A stretch of 63,862 nucleotides of DNA, the filler included, from Sluysia triapertura (Eukaryota): assembly GCA_046118255.1 (NCBI GenBank). It is 4 parts of 4 records of this genome, joined end to end, with 100 filler letters (N's around TTAATTAATTAA, not from the genome) between each part and the next. Parts side by side here need not be neighbours in the genome. Positions count along the whole stretch, not along the records: positions 38,033 to 52,924 come from JBJNIA010245209.1; 3 more parts are not named here. One strand, written 5' to 3'. Shown here piece after piece: positions 38,192 to 51,887 of the stretch. Position 1 is the stretch's first letter. Every line of letters begins with the position of its first letter. The translations under genes were made by a program, and so were the position numbers. The notes under the pieces were generated by a model that saw only the letters and a program-made list of their open reading frames with translations, did not search any database and had not been told where the DNA came from.

Positions 38192-41100
38192 TGTGAATAA
38201 AAGGATTCTTCTTAAATAAGGTTAAAAGAAATGCTCAAAGGACTTTATTAGTGATGCTAATTTATTTCTTTAAAAATGTCTGGAGGTAAGTTTTGATACA
38301 ACGAAATTTTATCAAAGATTAATAATGTTATTTGAGTTATTTTACATAGATTCCTTGAAATGGAATTTTAAAAAGATTTTACGTAATTGTAAATCCAAGT
38401 GTAATTCCAATTGTTGAAAACACTTTCATTTTATAATTACAGCTATATAAATTGAACAATAAAACTCGCTTTTAATAATTTATTATGAAATAAGGGCTGA
38501 AGGATATCCCAGAATTTATCTTAATTTCGTAAGAATCTAGAATCTTTTGAAATCAACAAAAGGATTCATCAAAGGTTCGAAATCGGAAATTTATTATTAG
38601 TTTAAAAAATATGAACTAATTTGTTATTCATTTGGTTTTAGCAACTTTTATTGCATATTCAGGATTTTCATAATGTAAGCATTTATAAGTGACCTTATTG
38701 ATTTTAAATTTTAAGTTTGCTTTTATAATAATAATAATGTAACCATTATCATCATATGAAAACTTTATTTTGCCTAAACTTTGAATGTGCACTATTTGTG
38801 TAGTAGTCGTCCCCATCATTTAAATTGTATACCCTACACTCCCACAAAACACAAATATAAACAAGTTAAAACATCACAGCAAATTTTATCATTTGTCAAA
38901 TAAATAATCTATTCCAATCATATCAGTAACCCGAAATAACATTTTCCTTTCTCAACTTCTTCAGTTTTTCTTTAACCTTATGTAAAACATTCTTTTCAAA
39001 ACTCTCGGTACATAATTGTCATAATAATAATGGTAATACGGTTTTTATTGTTTTATTCTAGCCATCATTTTTTATTGTACTTATTCGTTCTTTATTATAT
39101 TTTGATATCGTTATATTTCCTATTCATTTTTATATAGATTCAAAACACCGAAACTTCTGTCGATTCTAATAACAATTGTACTAGATCATATTTGTGACAA
39201 ACCAATTCGGATGTATTTTGAATATTTTGACAATTCAGAAGATGCGCGAAGTATTATTGCACCATCGAACTGAATGTTCGTGCTATTAGACTAACACTTG
39301 CAGCCCAGAGCCAGGTGTCTTTGAAGAGAACTGGGCTACATACAGTGTACGAACAACATCATGGTTTGCAACAATCAAGTTCCACTGTATTGTGTACAGC
39401 TACAAACCCTAAACGACTAAGGAAGTCATGAACCACTAATTTAATATAATTGTGATAAATTTATTGATAAAACATTGTTTTACCCGATTATTCACAGTAT
39501 TTCCTTGAATACATTGTATCTTTATATGTTAAAAATGTTAATGTTATAATAAAATAATAATTTTTCAATCAATATTTGAAAGATTAAAATAAAATTACAA
39601 GATGGCGCTTACCTTAATTTTACAATCAGATGTATTACATAGTGGTTTATGCCGAGAACATTTGTAGACAATTAATTACAGCTTCTGCTAAACAATTACC
39701 ATCCATACAATACAAAAGACATAATGTCTGCTAAGTATAATGCTTATGAAACTAACCACCCATGATTGATCGACCATTTTCGTAAAATTACAAACCTTAT
39801 AATTGGATGATTTGTTAGAATCATTGAGTATGATAGAGGTAATTTAGATATAACAAGGCCATATAAATCCGATTAGCTAAGGATTACATATGCTAAAATT
39901 TTCTTAATAATATTTAATAACATCCCTAATGAAATATATCACTGGATAAAACTTAATACTCATGAATTAGTTGATGTAAATTTACAATATTCTGAAAGTA
40001 ATGTTGCGACAATTTTTTCAGGCTTTGGTGTGTTATGGCGGACAAAAAACTGCCTTTTCAAATACATTTCTTATGTCGTCGTTTGACCTTTTACTAAAAA
40101 AAGGCATTTATGTTTTGAATTTTATACTTTCGATTAAGTAATAATAGCGAATAAATTAGTTATTATTTATTTTATTTTTATAACAGCCCTTAAGTGTAAC
40201 TAATCTATGTCTAATAAAATTTCTAAAACAAAATTATTTTATTTTTATGGAAGATATAAATGCAATTTTTACAAATTATATTTCTTGTACCATTTTCTTT
40301 ACTATAGTAGCAACTTACACGCATCTTTGACTATATTAAATATCGCTTTTTACAGTACTTTTGTAGCATATCTCTAAATCACCCGTTTTATTACAATTAT
40401 GTTGCTCTCACTGAACATCGATCCTCCATCTCTTCAATTCCGTTCTTAACTAATAATCATGTCAATGTTCTTAACCTTCTAACACTCACAACAAACAAAA
40501 TCATCTTTAAATGTACGTATGTAATAATTTAAACCTACAAAATCCTCGACCAAATAAATCGAATAAAACTAAAAATAACCTTGTAACTAAAAAAAGTAAA
40601 AGCATATATTACAAATTTACAAAAATTTATACTTTCTATTTACGAAGATACATTTTGCATTAATATTAATATTAATGTCGATTTTTTAATGCAAATTTCC
40701 GAAAAAATTAATCTAATAACATTAATAATTAAAATTTTCAAATTCAATTTGTAAATATTTATAAATATTTAATCCTTTTTTATGCTATAAAATGTTTGTT
40801 TAGTTTATTGATTTAAATTAATAATTAATATCTAATATCTCAAAACTAGTTTTAAAATTATTAGATGATGAGATTTTTAAAAAAATGAAATATTCAATCA
40901 TGTGCATTAATGATGACTAGCCTGAAAAATATTTCAAATTTCTTTTCATTAAAGAAAATGGCATTTTTCCAATTTGTTTTAAATATTATAATAAATACAC
41001 AAATTTAGTTATTGAATCATTAAAAATTTAAACGTTTTTTTTAAAAATACTTGTTGCTAATTAAAGTAAATTTTTCTTATTGTATAAAGACTCTTATAAT

Positions 41101-42654
41101 TATATTTTACTTATAAAATCATCTGCTCTTAGTTTTTCTAAATAAATCAATGTCAAATTAATTATAGTGTAATTTGTGTGTATGTCTGTGTTTACTGATA
41201 TATCACAAATCAATATTTAAATCCTTCATGTTTTGTTTATTTTACTAATAAATATGTCATTTTGAACTGTCAATTTATTTATTTTATGTATAACTTATTA
41301 ACGCGCCCTTGATAACAAATGACCTTGACTTCATATGTGCCATTAATTCTTTTTCTTAATTTATTTCATTTACTGTCTTTCTCTACCCCATCTCTTTTTA
41401 TTACTTGTGTTTGTGTGTGCACACAATTCGTTTCATAGAATCAATCATTTAATTAATAAACATACGATGATGTCTATGCTCATTTGGTATTTCGATTATT
41501 TATGATGATAAATTTGTATTAAAAAATCATATTTAGACACATATACACAATAAATGAGTAATTATAAATGTAATATGTAATATGAAAATAAAATAAATCG
41601 AAGTAGGCAATGCAGTACAGTAGTCATATGTACAAGTGTTACTAATAATAAAAAAGTGGCTACACACAATATAAGTAACTCTTGCATCTGTTTACTATAT
41701 GTATATGTAGTAATTAATTTGTTATTGCCAATTAATTTTCTGAAATGTCGACTATGTGATGTAAATGAATTTGGTGCATTATTTAGTGAAACATCAATAA
41801 CACATGTGTATTCGGTATATTTGATGCTATCATCAAGAAAAGAATGTTTTTATTGCAAAATTATAATTGTATTATTCTTGAATCATTCAAGTGATAATAA
41901 AGAATTACTTAAATAATTTAATTTATATATTTAAGTAAATATAGTAATGTAATATAATTAATCTCAACTTAGAATTAGTTTTACTGAAAAGAATATTAAT
42001 TAAAAGTTTTTTTTGTACTTGTTCAGATATTTGTGACAGATGAAATCAATCGTAGAATGATATTACAGTGTCTATTTTAGATGCATGTTAATAAATTGGT
42101 GTCGCTTTTGCTTATTTAATTACAGTTGACTCTTAAATTATTTAGAATGAAAATCATGTGGTAAATAAATTAAATTAAACTCTAAAAGCAGATGACAAAA
42201 AATGATATGAGATAAAGATTCAAAATATTATTTACAATTGGTCTTACTTATTTATCCACTTGATTTCTGTTTGATAATAAATAGAAAACAATGTCCGAAT
42301 ATTTATGTTATTATATAAAATTCTTTTGCAATAATACTCTTAATTTAGCCAATTAAAATTCAACATAACCAAAATAAAATTAATGCAGATATAAATAAAT
42401 AATCAAATTTATATTATTTCTATAACATCACAAATAGATTATTTTCTAATAAAATTAAGAAAAATCAAGAAAAAATAATGATGTTTTGCATTGTCATAAA
42501 TTTTTATGAATATTTTATTGGATTACGTTTTTCTAATGACTGATTTAACAAGTTTTACGATTGATTCATTTTCAGTTATTATTCAACGTTCATTTAAAGA
42601 TTTGTGTAATTATCTAACCGTGTAATTTTGGTGTGACTTTCTTAACTTTTAATC

Positions 42655-43296
42655 TACGCCAAAATATTATTTAGCAGGGTCCGCTTACAGTATACGACTT
42701 ATGACGTGAAGTGCGCGTATATGTAATTAATCACTAATCAGTAAAATTCTATAATTTTCCTTTTTACAAGGTCCTATTCTAGCTTGTAAAAATTCAATCG
42801 ACAACAATAACAAAGATAAATTTCGTAATTAAAACATTGTCAGGATCTTTAATTTTTTTAATAAAAGAATCTTTTAAAAATGATTTAACCATCAATAAAT
42901 CGGAGATCAAAATTAGTTTAAAAAAGTTATTTTAAATTGATTTTGAATTTTAACTCCGAAAGTTAAAAATATTTTAATAATTCATGAATAATTTATGAAT
43001 TATCATGGAATAGAATAATTGAAAATTTCCAAAAAATTTATCTTCGAATAATAAATTTGGTCATCCTTCTGAATGTGAATGATGGATTAGGAATTGTAAG
43101 TCGTCGGATTTTGCGATCTCTGTCTAACAATCGGTAAAAACCATAATAAATAAAAATGTGTGCGCAGCTCTATGATTCAGCTGCACCAGTAGCCAATCAA
43201 AAACAAATAGAAATTTGGAATTTTCTAGAATATTCTACAACATTCTTGTTCTTTTTTTATTTATTAGGATTTTGAAGAGTTGTCCTAGCAACCTAA
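42655..43296 (+). mobile_element. HSE-bearing repeat copy
   Basis: 5' TACGCCAAAA...GGGTCCGCTTACAGTATACGACTTA; AGCCAAT at 43191; gGAAt tTTCt aGAAt aTTCt aCAAc aTTCt at 43217-43246; 3' GAGTTGTCCTAGCAACCTAA. Confidence 0.7.
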
Positions 43297-43824
43297 ATAA
43301 TTTTAAGAATCTGATTTTATTGTTGCATCAAAAAAAACGTAAAAATAATGTCAATGAGCTATGTCCATTTATAATTATTATTTTATTTTCTTATTTTAGT
43401 TACTAGAGAAATTTTTCCAAACATCTCAATAGTTATATTGAAATATTACTAAATTATAAGAGAAATCACGTATCCATTGTAATTTATATAAACCCATTTT
43501 AAATGAAAATTCTTAATTGTTTTAATACTTTATTGGCAAAATTAAACTGAATTGTTTAAATAAATATATAGAAATATTTTTATTTTTGACAAGTATATTT
43601 CAAATCACTGGTGCACACGGTTCTGCAAGTGCATAAGTATCAAAATGATATTAATTTTGGGGCTAATTTATGTAAATTTCCGAAATATTTTGGAAATTTT
43701 AAAAAAGGTGAAAATTTATGATCCTACCATCACCAAGAGTGCACAAAATTGTTCAGAGCTATTTTAATTTTTTACAATTATTAAACATATTATAATTTAA
43801 TAAATATCACATTCAATTTAAAAT

Positions 43825-44177
43825 CATTTGCGTTTCATAAAACGTGAATTTTTAATTATTATTTCCGATTTTAATTTTATGTTTGTTAAATCTCACGTAG
43901 AAAAAAGAAACAAAGAATTGCACACTGATGTTTTGAGTAGAATTAAAGCCATTTGTGCAGATAAAAATTTAAACACAGTAACAACAAGAAAAACAACATT
44001 TATTTGTTTATAAATCTTCAGCAACATGCGAAGAAACCAAAAAGCTAAAAGAATATCTAATATGTGTGGTAAATGCAACAATTATGTTTGTCCTTTACAT
44101 CCAAAGACATTTTATTAAAAATAAAGAAATTTGTATTGTGGAAAATTTTATTTTCTTAGTGCAAAGAAAAGGTTAAA
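43825..44177 (+). mobile_element. piggyBac 3' relic
   Basis: KREFL...SHVEKR, then the Cys-rich tail NMCGKCNNYVCPLH. Ends ...AAAGG|TTAA. Confidence 0.65.
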
Positions 44178-45599
44178 TATTAAATATTAAATATTAAACC
44201 AAACTAATTGTCCAAGTAATAATATCTCATATAATACCATATTTTAATAAAAACAAGAGTAGAATTCAAAATTATGACAGTAAATTATAAATGATTATAT
44301 TATCTTTTGGAAATAATAAAACTTTGTAAACAAAAATGAATTTGTCATTAAGATATTATAATTTATACAAAATCCACAGTGATAATAAGCTAGATAATCG
44401 GTTGTAGACCATTTATGTTTCAAAAATATAAAATGAACTACCAAAGAATTTTAAATTACTGGAAGATTACGAAATATTTAAGAAATAGCAAGGTTATTTC
44501 CATTTTAAGCGTTTTTGAATTCTTGAAACTTATAATTGAAATAATTGATAAAAGTTTCCACCAAAATTCAGTCTAAAAATAACATTTTAATTTCACCACC
44601 AAATTTTCTATAAATAATACTTAAACATCAAAAAATATTTAATATTCAATATTATTAAGTAAAACATAACATGATTCACACATTTTAAAGCCAATAAAAA
44701 TCTAACTTCCTTCTATTTATAGTACTAAAAAAGTTATTGATTCTGAACATGAATTTTAATGTGTAAATGATTAAGGAAAACTAAGGAAGCTACTATTTTG
44801 AATAAGTTACAATAAAAACTTGTAAATTATAATGATTTTACATTTCAATTTTGTATTAATTTAATTAGAAAATATTTGTTTGTTCATCTATTCGAAAAGA
44901 TTATGCATATGAATGTGTAATTACTGAATAAAAATTGAACTTTACTAATTAATAATTATTCAGAATTAATTTATAAGAAATAATTCTTATTTTTGATAAC
45001 AAACATACTCTTAATTTTAAATAAATTTGACTTACAATTTATGCAAATAGAAATATATTTATTTTTTATTACATTAAATGAATCAGAGAAAAATAAAAAC
45101 TTAAATAACCAATTAAATTTATTAATCAATTAAGTAAGAAATAATAAATCAGTAGAAATATTGATATATTATTTTAAAACTAGATCATATCAAAAATCAT
45201 CAATGTCGTTCTTATAATTAATTATATTTGTAATAAACTCAGTGTCGTCGAATTTAATTTTTCATTATCATTTTTAGTTTTTGTGGAATTGTTTGTCCAG
45301 TTAAAAAAAGGTTTTTAATTTGAAAATGCTTACTTTATATTTTAGAATAGATTATTTAATTGATTTCATCTTAAGTTGGATTGTTAGATAATAGAAGAAA
45401 ATATGAAAAAATCAAATTAAATCTAATATAATAGTAATTTTAGATGAGTCACATGCAATGTGCCGCGATAAAATAATGATTTCATATGCAAGCATTTATT
45501 CAAAAACAAATATTAGTTAAAATAAAAAGATCATTGAAAAATTATTGACAGGCTTTTTCAATAATAATAATAATACATCCCTAAAATAATGGAATTAGA

Positions 45600-45960
45600 G
45601 TATTTCAGTTACGTTTTTCTTGGTACCATTACTCGATGGTCTGTTTACAAATTTATATTACACAATTATACTTTGAAACTTCGTTATAAAGTCTTCTTTT
45701 TCTGAAGAATTCTGCCAAATTGTTGATTATTTCATTAATCATTATTTCAGCTATTATTTCTGAAATAATAGCAAATAAAATTTTGTTCGTTAAATAATAA
45801 AATGTCTAATTGTAGGCAATACAGATATTAATTATAATCTTTTCTTTTCAGCATCTCTCAGAAGCTTCGTTGAAATTCCATATTATTCGGATAATACTAC
45901 AGTGATACACAAACAAATATTTTTGCGTTCAGTGAATATTTCCAAATGTCTTTCTTTAAC
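45600..45960 (-). mobile_element. Possible decayed hAT transposase N-terminus (BED finger-like)
   Basis: Minus strand DIWKYS..C..C...GISTKLLR with frameshifts. Confidence 0.3.
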
Positions 45961-46524
45961 GATTGATTCTCATTGTGTTAAATTTATATGGCATTTCGTT
46001 TTTGGTTTCTGTTGGATCTTTATTTTCAATTTATTGTTAACTTTATCATCTTTATGATTTACTTTTTAGGTGCACACAAAGTGACCATAGAATTAATTCT
46101 ACTAATTTGGTTTAAAACTGAATAAAGATATCAAAATGATTGTTATTGGGTCTTTTATTATGCAGTACTATCACTCTTTGTAGATATTATAGTACTTTTT
46201 TAAACTTTTCAATGTTTAAACATTGCAATAAAATTGTTGGAAATAATGAATTTCTAATACTTCCGATAAATTATACGATATTATCATAAATTTCGATACC
46301 ACATACTTCATTTATGATATTCATACAAATAACAAGCTCTAAAACATAGCTAAGTCCATTTAACATAATAATTATTATATCAGCTTTCTTTTTAGTATAG
46401 CTTTAGCGTCATTTTGGTAAATCATTTTAAAAACCATTATGATATCGATTGATATACAATCATTTAGAGATTCTCAGACTCATTCAATATCATAACACTC
46501 CTTACTTTATGATACTGTACCATA

Positions 46525-46950
46525 CGTATTGTCCTCACAACCCTCTAAAATCATATAAATCTTTAAAATCACTTAAAAAATAATTATTTTCCAAAAAGAA
46601 AATTATTTTTCGAAAAAAGAAAAATCGCTTCTAAAAATAGAATAGAAGCTTCTAGAATGTTATAGAATATTCCATCGATTTTCATTGGCTGATAACTAGT
46701 AAATGAGAATTGCCATTTTGAAATCCGCCATTTGCAAAATGTATTATTTGGAAATTTTAATTAGATGTTTTATTCGATTCGCAATGGATTTGGAGAAATT
46801 TTTATTTAATCCACGTTAATAGTAAGTTATTTTTTTAAGGTGATATTAATTTTAATTAATAAAATTAATATCCTAAAATACACTTAAATTTAAATTTCTA
46901 AAGAAAAAATTAGGTTACCTCGATATATTGAGAGTCAAAATACAGAGTAA
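46525..46950 (-). mobile_element. HSE-bearing repeat copy, reverse orientation
   Basis: CGTATTGTCCTCACAACCCTCTAAAATC is the reverse complement of the 3' end. aGAAg cTTCt aGAAt gTTAt aGAAt aTTCc at 46644-46673, ATTGG at 46684, then GCCATTTTG. Confidence 0.75.
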
Positions 46951-48244
46951 AGTGAATATCAACAAATTATTTTGTAAATTATTAAAATTTTTTAAATAAT
47001 AAAGTTTTTCGAATTTTTGGTTTCGTTCATCGTGTTAAAATAGTATTTATAAAGTATCATTGCATAAAGACCCTTAAGTATTGTATAAAGTCTTAAATTT
47101 GATTAGTAGTTTTATGGCTGTAAGATTAGAATTAAGGTAGTTATGAACTTATCAAGTTGCAGAAACACCAACTATATGTAAATTGATTGTTAGAAAACCA
47201 CAACATTATTTGAGATTTTGAAATACTCAAGGAAATATCTCCTACCAAATTCAATATTGAATGAGACGTAAAATGGCGTAAGCAGTTGAATTTCCGCAAT
47301 ATAATTTTCATTTAAAATTAATAAATTTAATTTACTTAATTATATATTTTTATTTTTAAAAAATTAGCACAAATAATAAAATATATTGTATCAATATCAT
47401 AAAGAGTGCACTCATTAAAACAACGGAAAAATTTTAGACCTTTTTACCAACACATTTTAATGTTTAAAAAATATGAAATTATTTTGAAACACTACGTTTG
47501 AATTTTCCGAACTTTTTACCGAATTATAAATGACCCTATAATTAATCCGTAACCCCTTTTCTGCTTTTCTATTTGTTGTTTTAATTGTCTTGCAAATTTC
47601 TGGTGATCTTATTGTTTAATGCTAGTGAAACATATTTTTTCCTGGTTATTATACTTTGAGAATAATTTTGAGAATAGTCATTGATATCATAAAACAAAAA
47701 ATACTCATTCTAGACATTAGTCTAGAAAAATATTAAAACTTAAATTACAAAGAATAAAACATTACAATAATTAACTAGAAAAAGAAAATAAAACAAAATA
47801 TTTATGCATTTAATGCATATTTATTGTATAAATTTGGAATCAAAAAAAAGAAACAAAATGATTTTTGTGGACTTTTTCATTGAATATTATTCAAATAATA
47901 AGTTATTTTAAAACTTAACTAGAAATAATGTTCACACTTTGTTTTTGTAATTTATTGTTATGTTATTAAACAATTTTTAAATTATTTGGCAAATTTATTG
48001 TATGTTTTAATAAATTATATTTTTTAGAAAAATCTGACGAAGAAAAATGGAAATGTATTAAGAAAATATTTGGATTCAACAATTTCTTCTACCTAAAGTT
48101 TCTTTTATTAATAATGTTATATCAATATTTCTTAAATTATAAAATATTAATTCAAATAATAAAATATAATCGAAACCTTTCATTGGTTCTGTATTTGCTT
48201 TAATTTATTAAACACAATTTTAGATCATGGATATAATTTCATTT

Positions 48245-48745
48245 AACTCTACCGCAGCCATTCACATTCAGAAAATCAATGATCTTGGTAATAAATAGAA
48301 TAAATGCTCCCTTCCTATGTCAGAGTTTCCGACTTAAGTATCATAATGTATGCAGGAGGCGTACAGAAAAACAATGACTACAAACTATTGTACAAAGTGT
48401 TGTAAATACGTTTGCCGAAACTGCTTCCACAGATATCATACACACTCAGATATCAAGTGAATAGTGTGTATTATAGCAGTTAAATTTTTGTGGCTGTTTT
48501 ACTGTATATTTGTCTCTAATTTGACTGAACAAATATTTTGCATAATTGTTAAAATGTTGAAAAATAATTTTGTTTTTGTGTCGTTTATGACTGAATTGTG
48601 TTTTTTGCACGGCTTTGTGTATGTTCTGCTCGAAGAGATGAACAAATTGGTGTATCACATGTCAGGTACAGCTTAATATGTTAGCCATTAGTAATCTATA
48701 AACTGGTTCACCCGAATTTGGCAAAAACAATCTGGCTGCCATACA
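48245..48745 (+). mobile_element. piggyBac-derived non-autonomous relic
   Basis: Cys-rich tail TTNYCTKCCKYVCRNCFHRYHT. TTAA at the left end and a partial inverted GCAGCCA/TGGCTGC. Confidence 0.65.
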
Positions 48746-50263
48746 ATCTCTGATGTGTAATCAATTATTGATTATTCATCACATTAGATTGTATAATTAT
48801 AAAATTTGTAAATTTTATGTGCTCCAAAATGTTTATTGATTAAAAATCTGTGTTTCATAATATTGTATTTTGTCAATATTATTCTAAAACCATTTAATAT
48901 CTTAATTCCTATATTGAGTTTCTTATTAATTATGTTACAAAGGCCATATCATTTCATGGTTAATTGTATACATGTATTCTATAGTGTAATTTAAGCAATT
49001 TATTTATTTATTTTTATCCGCTCTGTATTAGCTCATATTTGTTTATCATCTGATCTGTAATCGTTAATTAAGTAGGAATAATTCCCATCTATATTCATTA
49101 GATACTTCTTTATTGAAACATTTTTGAAGTATTTTTAAGATCCCTTGTTTTGGTGTGTAATTATAAATTATTATATTATAATTATAAATAATATTATAAA
49201 CTATTTTATAAATATTATAAAATATTTTTAAATTATTTTTGAATTTAGTTTGTTTTAAATTTTAAATTATAGGCTTCATATTAATATTGTCCAGTTTTAA
49301 GAGTTAGGCCATACAAAAATAATTTAAAACTTTTATTTAGAGTTACGTATGGATGAAATCATCGAATAACAATTGTAATAAAATCCATAATAATTAATAA
49401 TGTGTTCATTAATAATAATAATTAATAATATTAGTGGTAATAATGATGAATCGAATACGACAAGATATTTTCGTTTATGTATAACATTTTTTAAGTAGGA
49501 TTGATAGAAGTTTTAAGGTACAAAATCGTCAAAAATGCATTTGTTAATTAAAAAAGTTTTACATTGAATGGAAAGTAGTGTCATAATCTATCATTTATGA
49601 AAATATCAAAGTTTTGTGATACAAATTAACAAATATAACGCAATAAATTATCATTTTAATTAATTCAAAAAAGAATTATCCGTCATGAAATAATCGAATA
49701 AATTAGAAATATGTAATGAATGCTGAAGAATGCTGACATGAATTCGTTTTATAAGTTATAAATAGAGAAAATTATATCTAGTGTTATGTTGATGGCAATA
49801 TGAAGAAATACAGAACTATTAAAATGCAAATTGTTTGCTAAAGTTATTTATATTTATTTATCAAAGAGTTTTCGGTGACTGCAGCTTCTTGACATCGAAT
49901 TAATGATATACGTGCAATTAAACAACTTCTAAAGCGCAAGCTGATTTCATTAATGATTTTAATATTTACAAATGTTATTCGAGTTAATCTGCATACCTTT
50001 TTAATCTTACAACATTGTGCGTTAGATTTTATTTGATTTTGAGACTATTACTGCTTTGATTGTTGCCTTACATTTGATCTTTCTGATTATTCGTTCTTTT
50101 AAATAAACGTTAATTTGGTTGATTTAATTTCTAAGTACAAAAAGCTAAAAAAAATTAAAAAGCGTTTGCTATTAAAATTCGCAATTCTGTGTTTAAGAAC
50201 TAATTTCCACAATAATGATACAAACTAATTTGACTAATAAGAGAAATTAACTCCTAAAACGAA

Positions 50264-50331
50264 ATTATTATTATTATTACTATTATTATTATTACTATTA
50301 TTATTATTATCATTATTATTATTATTATTAT
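50264..50331. repeat. Imperfect (ATT)n microsatellite
   Basis: Directly visible. Confidence 0.93.
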
Positions 50332-50994
50332 ATTGTTATTTCAAAAAGAATATTTTAAAAATTAACAATCAATTATAAGCTTTAAAAAATATTTGGAATT
50401 TAGTTATATTTATTTTTATACATCTAAAGTATTTATGAAAATTAAGTAATAAACGGAAGTTAAACGATGTTTTAATATTTTGATTTATTCATTGAATTTT
50501 TAACATGAAACAAAATTGTCTTTGAAGAAGAAAATATGATTTACATTGATATCATCATCGTCATCATCATTATCATCATCATTTTCTTCTTCTTCATCTT
50601 CATCATTACCATCATACTTAAAAGATATTTGTTTACATGCATATATCTAGTATTTATCAAAATAAAATAAATTGTGAATATTAAATTATTGATATTGGGA
50701 TTATTTACTTTTGATATTGCTTCATTTCAAATATTGGACCTCAAAGTAGTTAAGGCAGTACCTATTAAAACTGCAGAGAAGTAAAAGAATATGTTATGGC
50801 AAAAAATACCACCGTATGTAAGTTTAAAAAAATGTCCTACCTAAAAACATTCAGCAGCATAAGAAAATAGATACATAAATGAAGATTTGAGTCGATATTT
50901 GATTGTTGTAAAGATATAAATAATGAATTTCTAAGAGGATACTAGTATTACACGAATTTTGTTGCCGCTGTGTGCCAACTAAAACAAAAGACAG

Positions 50995-51250
50995 AACGAC
51001 CAACTTCAAATTATAAATGTAATTTGCAGTAGACCACTTAAAGAAGAAATGCGAAAAGACGAAATGATTGAATGTTTTCTATGGAAACAGAAAATGGTTG
51101 ATTTAGAAATTATTTGAAAATGGATTCAAAAATCGTGAGATACAGATGGCGAAGCTATTATTATCAAAGAGTTCGAGAAATGGATGGATCATAATATAAT
51201 ATATCTGATGTAGGGAGAATTTGATAGAAAATAATCGTCTTTGGGATGAA
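50995..51250 (+). mobile_element. Decayed pogo/Tigger-type (DDE_1) transposase C-terminus
   Basis: QLQIINVICSRPLKEEMRK resembles LQPLDVxxNRPFK. WIQKS*D...IIKEFEK resembles WIxxSWxxI...IxxxFxK. Confidence 0.55.
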
Positions 51251-51887
51251 AAAAGTTTCTTTGAATAAAAATAAACATTTTGTAACAATTTATTATTTTT
51301 TTAATTTCTAATTTCCTAAACACTACAATTATCATTAGAAAATTGAATTTTTGAATTTATAATAATATATTATGTCATCACTGATGTTAAATCAAATATT
51401 CAATATAGAAGACAGTTTTCTACAATTCAGAAGATGAATTATCGAATAATTCTAATAGAGAACTGTTTATGATAATATTGTACATCTATTCCTTCTTTTA
51501 CAGGGTTCAAAAAATTTAAAATTAAATATCGAAAATAAACTGCTCATGATTAAAAGAAAAATGTGTAAAAAAGTACCATGTCTATCTTTTATGTTACTAA
51601 TATTTTTTAATAATTTTATAAATGTAAAAGAAACTTTACAATAAAATGTTTGTTATATAAAAAAGTTAACGCTACTCAGAAAAATGATAATCGGAAAGTT
51701 CACTTTTGAAATATAAATTGAATTTAAAAAGACAATACAAAAAAATCAATTAATAAATTTTGTTTGTTGAAGAATTTAATCTAATGTTACTGTTATAATA
51801 ATCGAATTGTGAAAATAATATAAATAAATTTGAGCTTAATATTAATAATTAAGAAATAAATAATGAACCAATAGAAAAATAACTTAC

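Noticed and set aside
51849-51887. Last 12 codons of the 289-aa cadherin ORF
   Set aside because: They follow a consensus GTAAGT donor and lose cadherin similarity, so they are probably intronic.
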